This document shows positions 38,228 to 50,493 of a stretch of DNA of 64,000 nucleotides, piece by piece. Where the stretch lies: positions 12,214,001-12,278,000 of the forward strand of contig OX597816.1 in the NCBI GenBank assembly GCA_951406725.2. Direction: 5' to 3'. Under the pieces are notes generated by a model. The model was not told the origin of the DNA. It made no database searches and saw nothing but the letters and a program-made list of their open reading frames with translations. This stretch comes from Octopus vulgaris. Lineage: Eukaryota. Within the stretch, counting starts at the first letter, position 1. Each line of letters opens with the position of its first letter. The position numbers and the translations under genes are program-made.

Positions 38228-38235
<8 letters not shown>
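38128..38235 (+). mobile_element. 3' part of the hammerhead-bearing unit seen at 40380..41122
   Basis: cgaaacgtaaaagtctttctcacttcctgagtgttaaactaatacatctgtttgttg. Confidence 0.7.
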
Positions 38236-38261
<26 letters not shown>

Positions 38262-38264
<3 letters not shown>

Positions 38265-38623
38265 TCTTTACTCTTTTACTTGTTTCAGTCATTTGACTGC
38301 TGCCATGCTGGAGCACTACCTTTAATCGAGCAACTTGACCCCGGGACTTATTCTTTTGTACTTAGTAACGGGGATATAAACACACCAGCATCGGTTGTCA
38401 AGCAATGCTAGGGGGACAAACACAGACACACAAGCACACACACATACATATATACATATATACGACGGGCTTCTTTCAGTTTCCATCTACCAAATCCATG
38501 CACAAGTCTTTGGTCGGCCCGAGGCTATAGTAGAAGACACTTGCCCAAGGTGCCATGCAATGGGACTGAGCCCGGAACCATGTGGCTGGTAAACAAGCTA
38601 CTTACCACACACCCACTCCTGCG

Positions 38624-38625
<2 letters not shown>
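38262..38625 (-). mobile_element. SINE family A
   Basis: Family motifs, with an internal deletion. Confidence 0.88.
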
Positions 38626-38702
<77 letters not shown>

Positions 38703-38799
38703 GGTTGTGACTTTTTGGTTTTTTGGGAAGTAAACAATTTCCTGTATCAAAAGTCGAACCATTTCATAAGTAGGGAATTAAACTTTATTTTAAGTTTTT

Positions 38800-39470
38800 A
38801 AAAATAAATGTCCCCTCCCCAACTGAAGAAATCTAACACCACTTTTTACCCAAATCATGCAAAATTATAGTGGAGTTCATAATACCTACTTAAGTTTTTA
38901 CCAGGAGCTGTGTATCTCAAAATTCAGCTTTCAAGTTTAAGTAGTTTAGGGGTTATAGAGATTTTAATTTTTTATCACTTAGGCCCTACTTTAGGAAATA
39001 TCGTTTTACTCTCCTTTTTATTTCTGTGACGCTAAAAACTCTGACTATATCAACTGTTTTCCAGAATATTAGGCTTATCCAACTAGAGAATCTAAAATAA
39101 TGTCTCATAAGAGAAGTGCTTGTGTCACTCAAAGAAACAAAATTCTAGACAAAGAATCTCGTGCAATTTCAAGACTCACATAGGAAAAGAAGACCTCATC
39201 CTCGAGAAGAGAAATCTTTGGAAAACAACTGCAGGATACCAATGGAACTTCAAATTGTCAGTCGCTACCTGTTCCTTGGAGTTACCATCAAAATAAAGAA
39301 AGAAAGAACAAAGGAAATTTCGAAAGAAGAAACTTTTTTATGGCAAAAGAAATTAAATTTCCCATATTTATCACTTCAAAATATACGAGCAAAAGTAGAC
39401 AAAGTGCTGAATTCCTATGATACGTGTGTAAAACGAGGAAAACACAATTCATTGAAAGGAATTTTTGACA
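38800..39470 (+). mobile_element. possible DNA-transposon 5' end with transposase N-terminal remnant
   Basis: EISKEETFLWQKKLNFPYLSLQNIRAKVDKVLNSY resembles the W.K..IP...I..K..KL pattern I associate with Sola-like transposases (from memory, unverified). Confidence 0.3.
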
Positions 39471-40359
39471 GCACATGTTTGTGTGTCTGTGTTTGTCCCC
39501 ACCACCATCGCTTGACAACCGATGATGGTGTGTTTTCGTCCCCATAACTTTGCAGTTCAGCAAAAGAGACCGCTAGAATAAGTACTAGGCTTCCAAAGAA
39601 TAAGTCCTGCGATCGATTTGCTCGAATAAAGGCGGTGCTCCAGCATAGCCGCAGGCAAAATAACTGAAACAATTTAAAGAGTAAAAGAGTGCTCTTATTC
39701 TGTAGTTTGTGTTCCATTATTTTCACATCCAAATATTTTTTGTTATTACATCTCCGTAATATTTTTTGTTAGCTTTTCAAGAAAAACTTTGAATAATATT
39801 ATTGAAGATTATTTCTCCCAACCGTTTTTTTTTTTTTTTTCAAAAACTAGAATTCAATAAGTTTCCAGTTTCACTTATCCACTACATGTGTTAGAATTTT
39901 GTTTTTAATTGTTGAAAATATATGTAATATGTACAATTTCGGCTTTCTTCCAAGAGGACAGTTTTTCCCTCTCATTGTACAGCAGATAAACATAATTTTA
40001 CTTTTTTCCCCTTTAACGAATAAAACTCCGGTAAAAGAAAAATAAGGTATATAATATTGAATATACAAATATTTCGCTTCATATATCCTCCTTGTATACA
40101 ACTTTTTTTTTTCCTTTCGGAAAATTCATTTAATTTCTGAAACGAAGTTTTCATTTTAATAAACACTCACTTAAAACAAGTCTTGTCATCATTATTATTG
40201 TCATCATCATCGTCATCACCATTACTATTTAAATTTCCTGCTTTCATGGATTAAACAGAAAATATTGAGGCAAGTTTTCTGTAGGTGGACACCCTTCCTA
40301 ACCTTTACCTATATCTGAGCAAGATGATCACAAACACTCTAAACTTTCCTGTACATTCT

Positions 40360-40586
40360 GTTCTAGCTCTCTTGTATGACCCATCTGCCCGGCATTCACC
40401 ATGATATATCGGTAGCCACTACACACATTTTTTTCTCTCATTGTTTCTTTCTGTGTTCCTTTCTGTGGAAGAGCGTAGGCTCAAAACATTAAATACTTTT
40501 TCAATCCCTAGCATTAAACTAATACATCTGTTTGTTTTCTACACCACCTGTCTTCATCTTTTGTTTTTCTTTTTGTGAATTCTCCC

Positions 40587-40631
<45 letters not shown>

Positions 40632-40861
40632 CGCTAGCCACTACACATTCTTTATTTTCTCTCCTTGTTTCTTTCTGTGTTCCTTTCTGTGGAATAGCGT
40701 AGGCTCAAAATGTTAAAGACTTTTTTCACTTCCTGAGCATAATATTAATACATCTGTTTGTTGTCTACACCACCTGTCTTTGTCTTTTGTTTTTTTTTGT
40801 GAATTCTCCCCATATTCATATACATACACACGTGATCATATACATATACATACATACATTC

Positions 40862-40944
<83 letters not shown>

Positions 40945-41122
40945 AGATTGTTAGCTACTAAATCTTTTTCTATTTTCTCTTGCTGTTTATTTCTGTGTTG
41001 CTCTCTGTCGAAGAGCATAGGCTCGAAATATAAAAGACTCTCACTTCCTGAGCATTAAACTAATACATCTGTTTGTTGTTTACACACCAGTCTTCATCTT
41101 TTGTTTCTAAAATTCTCACTAT
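40360..41122 (+). mobile_element. three tandem ~180-bp Penelope-LTR-like units, each with a hammerhead-like motif, separated by (TA)/(TG)/(CA) tracts
   Basis: Composite motif CCTTT-CTGWNGA-A-GAGC-GTAG-GCTC-GAAA-CG-TH-AAAG at ~40457, ~40682 and ~41001. Confidence 0.75.
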
Positions 41123-41159
41123 ACATATATTTATTTATACATATGTTTCAACTGAGGAA

Positions 41160-41760
41160 CGGCAGGACTGGAGCCAGGTCCTACATTCTGATGCTTTGTT
41201 TTCCCAGAAAGAAAAAGGAAATGTGCCATTGCTTCAGATTGCCTTTTAGTTTGTCTTTGAGGCACAAGAGTGGCCTCCCAACTTCATGCAAGCATGAAAG
41301 CACCCTGGCAAAACACTGCTCCTCTAAATGGAAACCTTACCTGTCATTGTGGTTTTGTGGCATGAGGCAAAGCAGGCCATGCCATCTACTCAAGGAAACA
41401 CATATTAAATGATTCACAATCACTCAAGCAGAGTCTTCAACTTGTTCCATTCACCAAAATGTTTGCAACAAGGCACCAGCAGACCTCAAGAGACACATTC
41501 ATATCCATAGAATATGATTACTGCTTCATTTTACTGAACCTTCATTTGTTATTCACAACAAGAGAATTTATCGAAACGTGGAGTAGATAAAACAGGGGAC
41601 AACTGATGAAAGGATTGTTCTTTATGTTGCTGGTCTCGTTTCTCTGTTTCTGTTTGTTTGTATTTTTCATTGTTCTAAAAAAGTTCGTTTTCTATGTTTT
41701 TCTTTTTTATGTTCTCGTTTCTCATTCTGTCTACGTTTTTTTTATGTCCTGTACCCGTAT
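41160..41760 (+). mobile_element. possible Penelope-like element 3' remnant
   Basis: KHESTLAKHC...HLLKETHIK resembles the C-terminus of a PLE GIY-YIG domain; followed by cgaaacgt and ctgatga motifs and a T-rich tail. Confidence 0.35.
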
Positions 41761-41832
41761 ATGCATGTATATATACATATATATGTAAGTATATACATAT
41801 ATGTATATATGCATGTATCTGTATATTATTTA

Positions 41833-41868
<36 letters not shown>

Positions 41869-41869
41869 G

Positions 41870-42258
41870 TTTATTCTTTTATTTGTTTCAGATATTTCAC
41901 CAGTGGCCATGCTGGAGCACCGCTTTCAGTCAAGCAAATCGACCCAAGGACTTATTCTTTGTAAACCTAGTACTTATTCTATCAGGCTCTTTTGCCGAAC
42001 GGCAAAGTTACAGGGATGTAAACACACCAGCATCGGTTGTCAAGTGATGTTGGGGGCACAAACACAGATACACCTACACCCACACACATATATACAACGG
42101 GTTTCTTTCAGTTTCTGTCTACCAAATCCACTTACAAGGCTTTGGGCGGCCCAAGGCTATAGTAGAAGACATTTCCCCAAGGTGCCACACAGTGGGACTG
42201 AACTTGGAACCATGTGGTTGATAAGCAAGCTACTTACCACACAGCCACTTCTGTGCCT
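41870..42258 (-). mobile_element. SINE family A, full length
   Basis: Family motifs. Confidence 0.9.
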
Positions 42259-42581
42259 ATATATATATATATATACATATACACTCACACACACATATAT
42301 ATATTTGAATTGTCTTGGATATATACTCAGTAAGCTGCTTATAATCAAACAAAATGAATCCAGGATTTATCTATAAATTGGAAACCATTATTAGATGAGG
42401 AAGATCTAACTTATCTCCAGGAGACCACCCAAACATTTTGAGACTCACTTCGTTAACACTTACGTAATTTTAATTGGTGAATATACCAAAATAGCCTGGG
42501 AAATAATCTACAATTTTCTGACCAAACATTGTGAATATTAATATCTTTCTACTTGTTGATATTTTTCATGTGATTTAATAT

Positions 42582-43340
42582 AGGCAGTGAATGCATGTGG
42601 CTTAGTGGTTATTAGTATTTGGCTTGTGGTCATAAGGTTGAGAGTTCGATTCCTAGGGGTGTGTTGTATCCTTGAGCAAGACGCTTTATTTTATGACACT
42701 CTAGTCCATTCAGCTGGCAAAAGTGAGTTGTGTTTCAAAGGAGCAGTCTTGTCGCACTCTGTATCATGCTAAATCTCCTTAACTATAATGTTAAGGGCAC
42801 CCTTAAAGGCGGCGAGCTGGCAGACACGTTAGCGTGCCGGGCAAAATGCTTAGCAGTATTTCGTCTGTCGTTACGTTCTGAGTTCAAATTCCGCAGAGGT
42901 TGACTTTGCCTTTCATCCTTTCGGAGTCGATAAATTAAGTACCAGTTACGCACTGTGGTCGACGTAATCGACTTAATCCGTTTATCCGTCCTTGTTTGTC
43001 CTCTCTGTGTTTAGCTCCTTGTGGGTAGTAAAGAAATTGGTATTTCGTCTGTCGTTACGTTTTGAGTTCAAATTCCGCTGAGGTCGTCTTTGCCTTTCAT
43101 CCTTTCGGGGTCGATAAATTTAGTACCAGTTTCGCACTGGGGTCGATGTAATCGACTTGATCCCTTTGTCTGTCCTTGTTTGTTCCCTCTATGTTTGGCC
43201 CCTTGTGGGCAATAAAGAAATATATAATGTTAAGGGTACCCTTGTTTGTGGGGTACTCAGTCACTTGCACCTTGATTTCACAATATGGCTGTTCTGTTTA
43301 CTGGATCATCTGCAACACTCATCGTCATAACCGACAGACA
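42582..43340 (+). mobile_element. tRNA-derived SINE (family D-like) interrupted by a dimeric SINE B (42805..43222)
   Basis: A box tggcttagtgg, B box gagttcgattcc, ccttgagcaagac; ~21-bp TSD tataatgttaaggg(c/t)accctt around the B dimer. Confidence 0.85.
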
Positions 43341-43684
43341 GTTAGTTAATGGAAATATAATTATCTCTAGTTCTTAAGCATTTGTTGTATCAACGGCTCT
43401 TTGAGTTTACGGCTTTATTTATGATCGTTTCTCATGTCTGGGATACTTTTATTTTCTGCATTTATGACCGAGCTCTCCATTCTGAACAATTTATATGGGA
43501 GGAGAGATAGAAATTAAATGACATTCACGTCTTTCTGAAAGGTATGGAAGACTGTTATGGCCAAGAAATGACTTTCTACTTATTCTCTGCTATGGCCCTT
43601 GAATGCATAAATATTAATTACGCCATTATCATTATGTTCGATCCTTATAGAGAGAGAGACAAAGTAAATGTGTGTATTCAACCA

Positions 43685-44015
43685 ATTGTGGCCATTGCCA
43701 GCCTAGCACAATCCGTATGTGGACGATGCCAGCACTGCCTTGACTGGCTTCCGTGTCGGTGGCATGTAAAAAGCACCAACCGACCGTGGCCGTTGCCAGC
43801 CACTCCTGGCACCTGTGCCGGTGGCACGTAAAAAGCACCCACTACACTCATGGAGTGGTTGGTGTTAGGAAGGGCATCCAGCTGTAGAAACTCTGCCAGA
43901 TCATATTGGAGCCTGGTGCAGCCTCCTGGCTTCCCAGACCCCGGTCGAACCGTCCAACCCATGCTTGCATGGAAAACGGATGTTAAACGATGATGATGAT
44001 GATGATGATGATGAT
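43685..44015 (+). mobile_element. SINE-like family C
   Basis: Core and (gat)n tail. Confidence 0.88.
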
Positions 44016-44431
44016 TCAATTATTGTATGTTAATTTACTTGTGAAATTTTAATTTCTTGATGCGTATTTCATTAAAATTAGTAAGATTTGAAGTAAAAGG
44101 TAAATGTAATGAAGCAAAGTATTATAGAAAATAGAAGCAGATGCATAGAGATTGCAGGAGTGGCTGTGTGGTTAAGAAGGTTATTTCCAATCATGTAGTC
44201 TCAGGTCCAGTCCTACTGTGCTGTACTTTAAGACATTGTTTTCTACTTTATCCTTGGGCCAACCAAAACCTTGTGTATGTGTGCATGTGTGTATGGATTT
44301 TGGAGATAGGAATTGAAAGGAGCTCATCATACATACATACATGTGCCTAGAATTTGGGTACATCAAGTCAAAAGAGACTAGACCAAAACAGTGTAAATTT
44401 TAAATGGCATTTGTTTCCTCTTCATATGTAT

Positions 44432-45060
44432 ACACAGAGTGCAGTGAATAAACTTTTGTCTAAATTATGCAAAAATGAAAATAAAACTGACATTTCATTT
44501 TGACAGGTATATTTACCAAAATTACATAAAAATATCTTGAAATACTAAAGAGTAAATTTATTGAATAAAATCGCCATTGGCTTCAACCACAGCCTCCAGA
44601 CGACTTCGCAATCTCCTGCAACTCTTCTGGATGGTCTCCTTGTTTAAGTTGGTGAATGCTGCCATAATTCTTTCCTTCGGTTCATCTTTGGTGTTACAAG
44701 AAGTTTTGTTGGTCTCTCGCTCAACTGTACCCCACACTTAATAATCGAGGGGTTTGCAATGTGGGGAGTTAGGTGGCCAGATTTTAGGGGTGATGTAGTC
44801 ACAGAAATTGTCTGGCAGCCAGACTGGGTCCTCCTGCTTGTGTGGCATTGTGCATGGTCTTGTTGCCAGACATAGGGTCTTCCAGCAGCCACCCTCTTGA
44901 CCCAGGGCAACACTACCCCACCCATGTACTTGACGTAGGCCTCTGTGTTGAGTCTGAGGCTGTGTGAGAAGATGAATGAAGGCATAACGTTGTCATTACT
45001 AGTGATCACTCCAAACACCATGATGTTGACTGGATGTTTGTTTTTTATCATGCTTGGAAC
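44432..45060 (-). mobile_element. maT/DD37D-type (Tc1/mariner superfamily) transposase 3' fossil
   Basis: KHPVNIMVFGVITS...VVLPWVKRVAAGRPYVWQQDHAQCHTSRRTQ and, after a frameshift, WPPNSPHCKPLDY. Confidence 0.85.
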
Positions 45061-45305
45061 ACGTCTTCAGATAGCACTGTACTCAGAATGACACCGGAAA
45101 GCTCTGAAACATTCGTATTGGCACTTCCAGTGCAAATGCCAAGCAGCATAGCCTGACATTTCCAAATTTCTGGCAGAGTGTCAGCTCCTGTCAAACTATC
45201 CAATCTATGCTAGCATGGAAAACAGATGCTTCTTCTTCTTCCTGATGATGATGATGATGATGATGATGATGGTGATGATGGTGAGGAGGAGGAGGAGGAG
45301 GAGGA

Positions 45306-45353
<48 letters not shown>

Positions 45354-45559
45354 GCAGCAGCAGCAAATGCAAGAACACACACACACTCACAGACATGCAT
45401 GTAATTCACGCCTTCGAATGTTTTTAGGGGTTGATCCCTTCAATGTTAAATTTATGTTTCATTTCACTTCATAAAAATAAAAGACCGAACCATCTCATCC
45501 AATCTAACCCCCCCACCACCTGACAAAATCAAACAAAAATAATAAAAGATAAACATAAT

Positions 45560-47561
45560 AATGGTTTCAAATTTTGGCACAAGGCCAGCAGTTCTGGGGG
45601 AAGTGAGTTAATTGATTACATCACCTCCAGTGTTCAGCTGGTACTTATTTTATCAACCCCCAAAAGATGAAAGGTAAAATCAACTTCAGGGGGATTTGAA
45701 CTCAGAATGTAAAGACAGATAAAATACTGCTAAGCATTTTGCTTGGCCTGCTAGCGGTCCTGCGGACTCTCCATCTTAATAATAATCCTTTCTACTGGAT
45801 GCACAATGCCCCAAATTTTGGGGAAGGGATTAAGTCGATTACACCAAACCCAGTGCATAACTGGTACTTATTTAATCAGCCCCTAAAGGATGAAAGGCAA
45901 AGTCGACCTTGGCGGAATTTGAATTCAGAACATAGCGGCAGACGAAATACCGCTAAGCATTTCACCCGGCATGCTAACAATTCTACCAGCTCGCCACCTT
46001 TACTGCCTTAAGAATAAATAATAATAATAATAATAATAATAATAGTAATAAAAACAACAATAATAATAATACAGTTCTATATTTAAGAGATGAGGAATTA
46101 TGTACATTATTTACATTCGACGGATATTTGTCCTCATCTTGTTTGTTGAGCCCACAGGCATATGGCATAGTGGTTAAGAGCACGGGCTACTAACACCAAG
46201 ATTCCGAGTTCAATTCCAAGCAGTGACCTGAACAACAACAACAACAACAACAATAATAATAATAATAATAATAATATCGAAAAATACCTTAGGAATGAGA
46301 ACCCAGCTTCAAAATTTCCCCAAGACACCTGATGAAGGCTGGAGGGTATATCTGCCAAAACAAGATGAGGACAAATATCCATCAAATGTAAATAATGTAA
46401 TAATGATAATGATTTCAAATTTTGGTACAAGGTCAAGAGATTCAAGGAAGGAAGGAGACAGACAGTGACATCGACCCCTTTACTCAATTGTTATTCATTT
46501 TTATCAGCCTTGAAACAACGAAAGGCAGAATTTGATCTTGGCAGAATGAAAAGACAAATGAAATGCCGCTAAGCATTTTGTCCCGCACAGTAACAATTCA
46601 GCCAGCTCACCACCTTAATAATAACGATAATAATAATCCCTTCTACCAAAAAGCACAAGGCCTGAAATTTTGGAGGAGGGGTCACATCAAATACGGTGAC
46701 CCTAGTGTTTCACTGATACTCAATTTATCCTTCTGAAACGATAAAAGGCAAAGTCAGCCTTGGTGGAATTTGAACTCAGAACGTAAAGCCAGACAAAACA
46801 CTGCTAAGCATTTCGTCTGGTGTGCTAATGACTCTGCTTGGTTACTGCATTTAATATTCTATTATGGGCTCAAGGCCTGAAATTTTAGGGCAGGGTGCTT
46901 GTCAATTACAAGTTTATTTTATTGCCCTTGAATGGTTGAAAGGCAAAGTTGACCTTAGCAGTATTTGAACTCAAATAGAAAATAAAGCTGAAATGCCACA
47001 AAGCATTTCGCCCAGTGTACTAAACATCCTGTTAACTCTCCACCTTAAAATGATTTCAAATTTTTGCCAAAAGGGCAGCTTGGGGGAGGGGATTGTGTTG
47101 ATCACATTGACCCCAGTGCATAACTGGTACTTATTTAATCGACCCCAAAAGGATGAAAAGCAAAGTCGACCTCGGCAGAATTTGAACTCAGAACGCTGTG
47201 GCGGACGAAATACCACAAAGCATTTCGCCCGGCATGCAAACGATACTGCCAGCTTGCTGCCTTAATAATAATAATAGTAGCAATAATAATAGTAGCAATA
47301 ATAATAGTAACAATAATAGTAGTAATAATAATAGTAATAATAATAATACTTTCTACTATAGGCACAAGGTCTGAAATTTTGTGGGGAGAGGGGTAGTTGA
47401 TCATATTGACCCCAGTACTCCACTGGTACTTAATTTATCGATGCCCGAAAGGATTAAAGGAAAAGTCAACCTTGGCAGAATTTGAACTTAGAACGTAGTG
47501 ACCGACGAAATACCACTAAGAATTTCGCCCAAGGTGCTAACAATTCTGACAGCTCGTCATT

Positions 47562-47600
<39 letters not shown>

Positions 47601-47760
47601 GTTTCAAATTTTGCCACAAGGGCATCAATTTTTTGAGGGTAGGGGATGGGTTGATTACATCGATCCCCAGTGTTTGACTGGTACTTATTTAATTGACCTC
47701 AAAAGGATGAAAGGCAAAGTCGACCTCACCAGAATTTGAACACGGAATGTAGTTACAGAT
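45560..47760 (-). mobile_element. cluster of about eight same-orientation SINE B copies (B2 tail) separated by (AAT)n
   Basis: Each copy starts tttc(a/t)a..ggcacaaggcc.gaaattttgg and ends gccagctc.cc.ccttaataat. Confidence 0.88.
46071..46399 (+). mobile_element. tRNA-head + (AAC/AAT)n + hammerhead element, copy 2, with inverted 5' arm
   Basis: Inverted arm 46071..46148; A box TGGCATAGTGG 46163..46173; B box GAGTTCAATTCC 46206..46217; GACAC-CTGATGA (46329..46335)-A-GGCTG..CTGCC-AAAAC. Confidence 0.8.
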
Positions 47761-48735
47761 GAAATACCTATTTCTTTACTACCCACAAGGAGCTAAACAC
47801 AGAGAGGACAAACAAGGACAGACGAATGGATTAAGTTGATTACATCGACCCAAGTGCGTAACTGGTACTTATTTAATCGACCCCAAAGGGATGAAAGGCA
47901 AAGTCGACCTCAGCAGAATTTGAACTCAGAATGTAGTTACAGATGAAATACTTATTTCTTTACTGCCCACAAGGGGGCTAAACACAGAGATGACAAACAA
48001 GGACAGACAAACGGATTAAATCGATTATATCGACCCCAGTGTGTAACTGGTACTTATTCAATCGACCCCGAAGGGATGAAAGGCAAAGTCGACCTCAGCA
48101 GAATTTTAACTCAGAACGTAAAGACAGACGAAATACATATTTCTTTACAACCCACAAGGAGCTAAACACAGAGAGGACTAACAAGGACAGACAAACGGAT
48201 TAAGTCGATTATATCAACCCCAGTGCATAACTGGTACTTATTTAATCGACCCCGAAGGGATGAAAGGCAAAGTCGACCTCAGCAGAATTTGAACTTGGAA
48301 CGTAGTTACAGATGAAATACCTATTTCTTTATTACCCACAAGGGGCTAAACACAGAGAGGACAAACAAGGACAGACAAACGGATTAAATTGATTATATCG
48401 ACCCCAGTGTGTAACTGGTACTTATTTAATCGACTCTGAAAGGATGAAAGGCACAGTTGACCTCAGCAGAATTTGAACTCAGAACGTAAAGACAGACGAA
48501 ATACCTATTTCTTTACAACCCACAAGGAGCTAAACACAGAGAGGACAAACAAGGACAGACAAACGGATTAAGTCGATTATATCGACCCCAGTGCGTAACT
48601 GGTACTTATTTAATCGACCCCAAAGGGATGAAACGCAAAGTCGGCCTCGGCGGAATTTGAATTCAGAATTTAGTAGCAGATGAAATACCACTAAGCATTT
48701 CACCCGACATGCTAACATCTCTGCCAGCTTGTCGT
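47761..48735 (-). repeat. head-to-tail array of five ~184-bp SINE B1 units
   Basis: Junction gaaatacctatttcttta (or 1-mismatch variants) at 47761, 47945, 48130, 48314 and 48498. Confidence 0.93.
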
Positions 48736-49174
48736 CTTAATAATAATGATAATAATAATAATAATGATAATAATAATAAAATTCAAACCATGTACTAATG
48801 TTAAAAATCAATATTATTTTAAGGGCTGATTAGTATCGGTTGTTACTAGTCTTTCATGAAATTAAAGAATTCACATTATCTCTTATTATAGACATTAAAC
48901 ATCTTTGGAATTCTGTCTCTCTCCCTCTGACAATCTCAATACAAGGAATTAATGAGGATTGATTTATTTAATGTATTTCTGTTTTTTACTTTGTTTTTAT
49001 TATCGTATTATTTTTCGATGAGGTATGAAATGATCGAGATACGATCAGCCAGAACAGCAGACAGCTTTAAGTTTCTAATTTCTCCATAGATAAGAATCGA
49101 TTTTCCTTTTTTTTTTTTTTTTTACTAAATATGTTTTCATTTTTATATTATAATGATATCAATAATTCTATCAC

Positions 49175-49220
<46 letters not shown>

Positions 49221-50269
49221 CACACACCGTATCATATATATATATTCATACATATATATGTATATGTGTATATATATATATATACACACACACACATCGT
49301 ATCATATATATATATATATACATACATGCATATATATGTGTGTGTATATATATATATATATATATGTATATAGATCTATGTACATATATGTGGGCATATG
49401 GTGATGATATATATATATATATGTATATAGATCTATGTACATATATTTGGGCATATGATGATGATGATGATGATGATACACATATATATATATTTCTATC
49501 TATGTACATATATGTGGGCATATGATGATATATATGTATATGTATATATATATATGTATATATATATTTCCTCTCAAGATACTATTTTGTGTTTTTAAAA
49601 GTCCCAAGTTTAAAATAAAACCTGTGACATCATCAATGGATAACAAACATATCCATTTCTACTTCACTCTCTCTGTCCTCTATTCTCAATATCATGTTTG
49701 CTTAAATAGTGTGGCCAAAGTAAAATTAGTGTAGCGACAATAAATTGCGAAAGTTCATCTCCCCCTCACACCTACTTCCTCCCACCCACCTCTCCTCTCT
49801 TGCTCTGACTCCTATTTCTTCTCTTCACTCCTACCCACCTTCTCCCCTCCCCCTCTCCCTTCATCGTCACCCCTCCCTCGTAACCCACACCCCTACACAA
49901 TCCAACCCCACCTTCCCTATTCATCCTATCCCACCCAATCCCTCACACTCACTCCCACATACCCCACCTCTACTGCCACCCTTATCCTAACCCACACCTC
50001 ACCCTTGCTTTCCCCACTCTTGCCTCCCCCACATAACAACACCATCACACCACACCACACACCACCATACCACACAACACCACATCACATCACATCACAC
50101 CACTACACACACACACTAGCACTGACCACTTCCCAGCCCCACACCATTATCCACATACCTACACATACACACACATCAAGGTTACCAGCCCTCTTAACAC
50201 ACATATACATGCTCTCTTATACACATGCATGCACACCTTCGTTTTGGGATACTTTATTATCTCCCCTTC

Positions 50270-50490
50270 TCCCTAGCTCTACTGTGTGACCCTTCTGTTT
50301 GGCATTCACCATGATAGATAGCTAGACACTACACATTCTTTATTTTCTCTCCTTGTTTCTTCCTGAGGAAGAGCATAGGCTCAAAGCATTAAAGACTTTT
50401 TCACGTCCCGAGTATTAAACTAATACATCTGTTTGTTGTCTACACCTCCTGTCTTTGTCTTTTGGTTTTTTGTGAATTCTCCCTGTATAT
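50270..50490 (+). mobile_element. further copy of the 40360..41122 hammerhead unit
   Basis: Canonical CTGAGGA (50363..50369)-A-GAGC-ATAG-GCTC; preceded by a long C/A-rich tract 49750..50240. Confidence 0.72.
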
Positions 50491-50493
50491 ATA

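Noticed and set aside
46157-46230. Functional tRNA gene
   Set aside because: Acceptor stem does not pair and there is no T-run terminator; treated as a SINE head. The same applies to the heads of families A, B, D and E.
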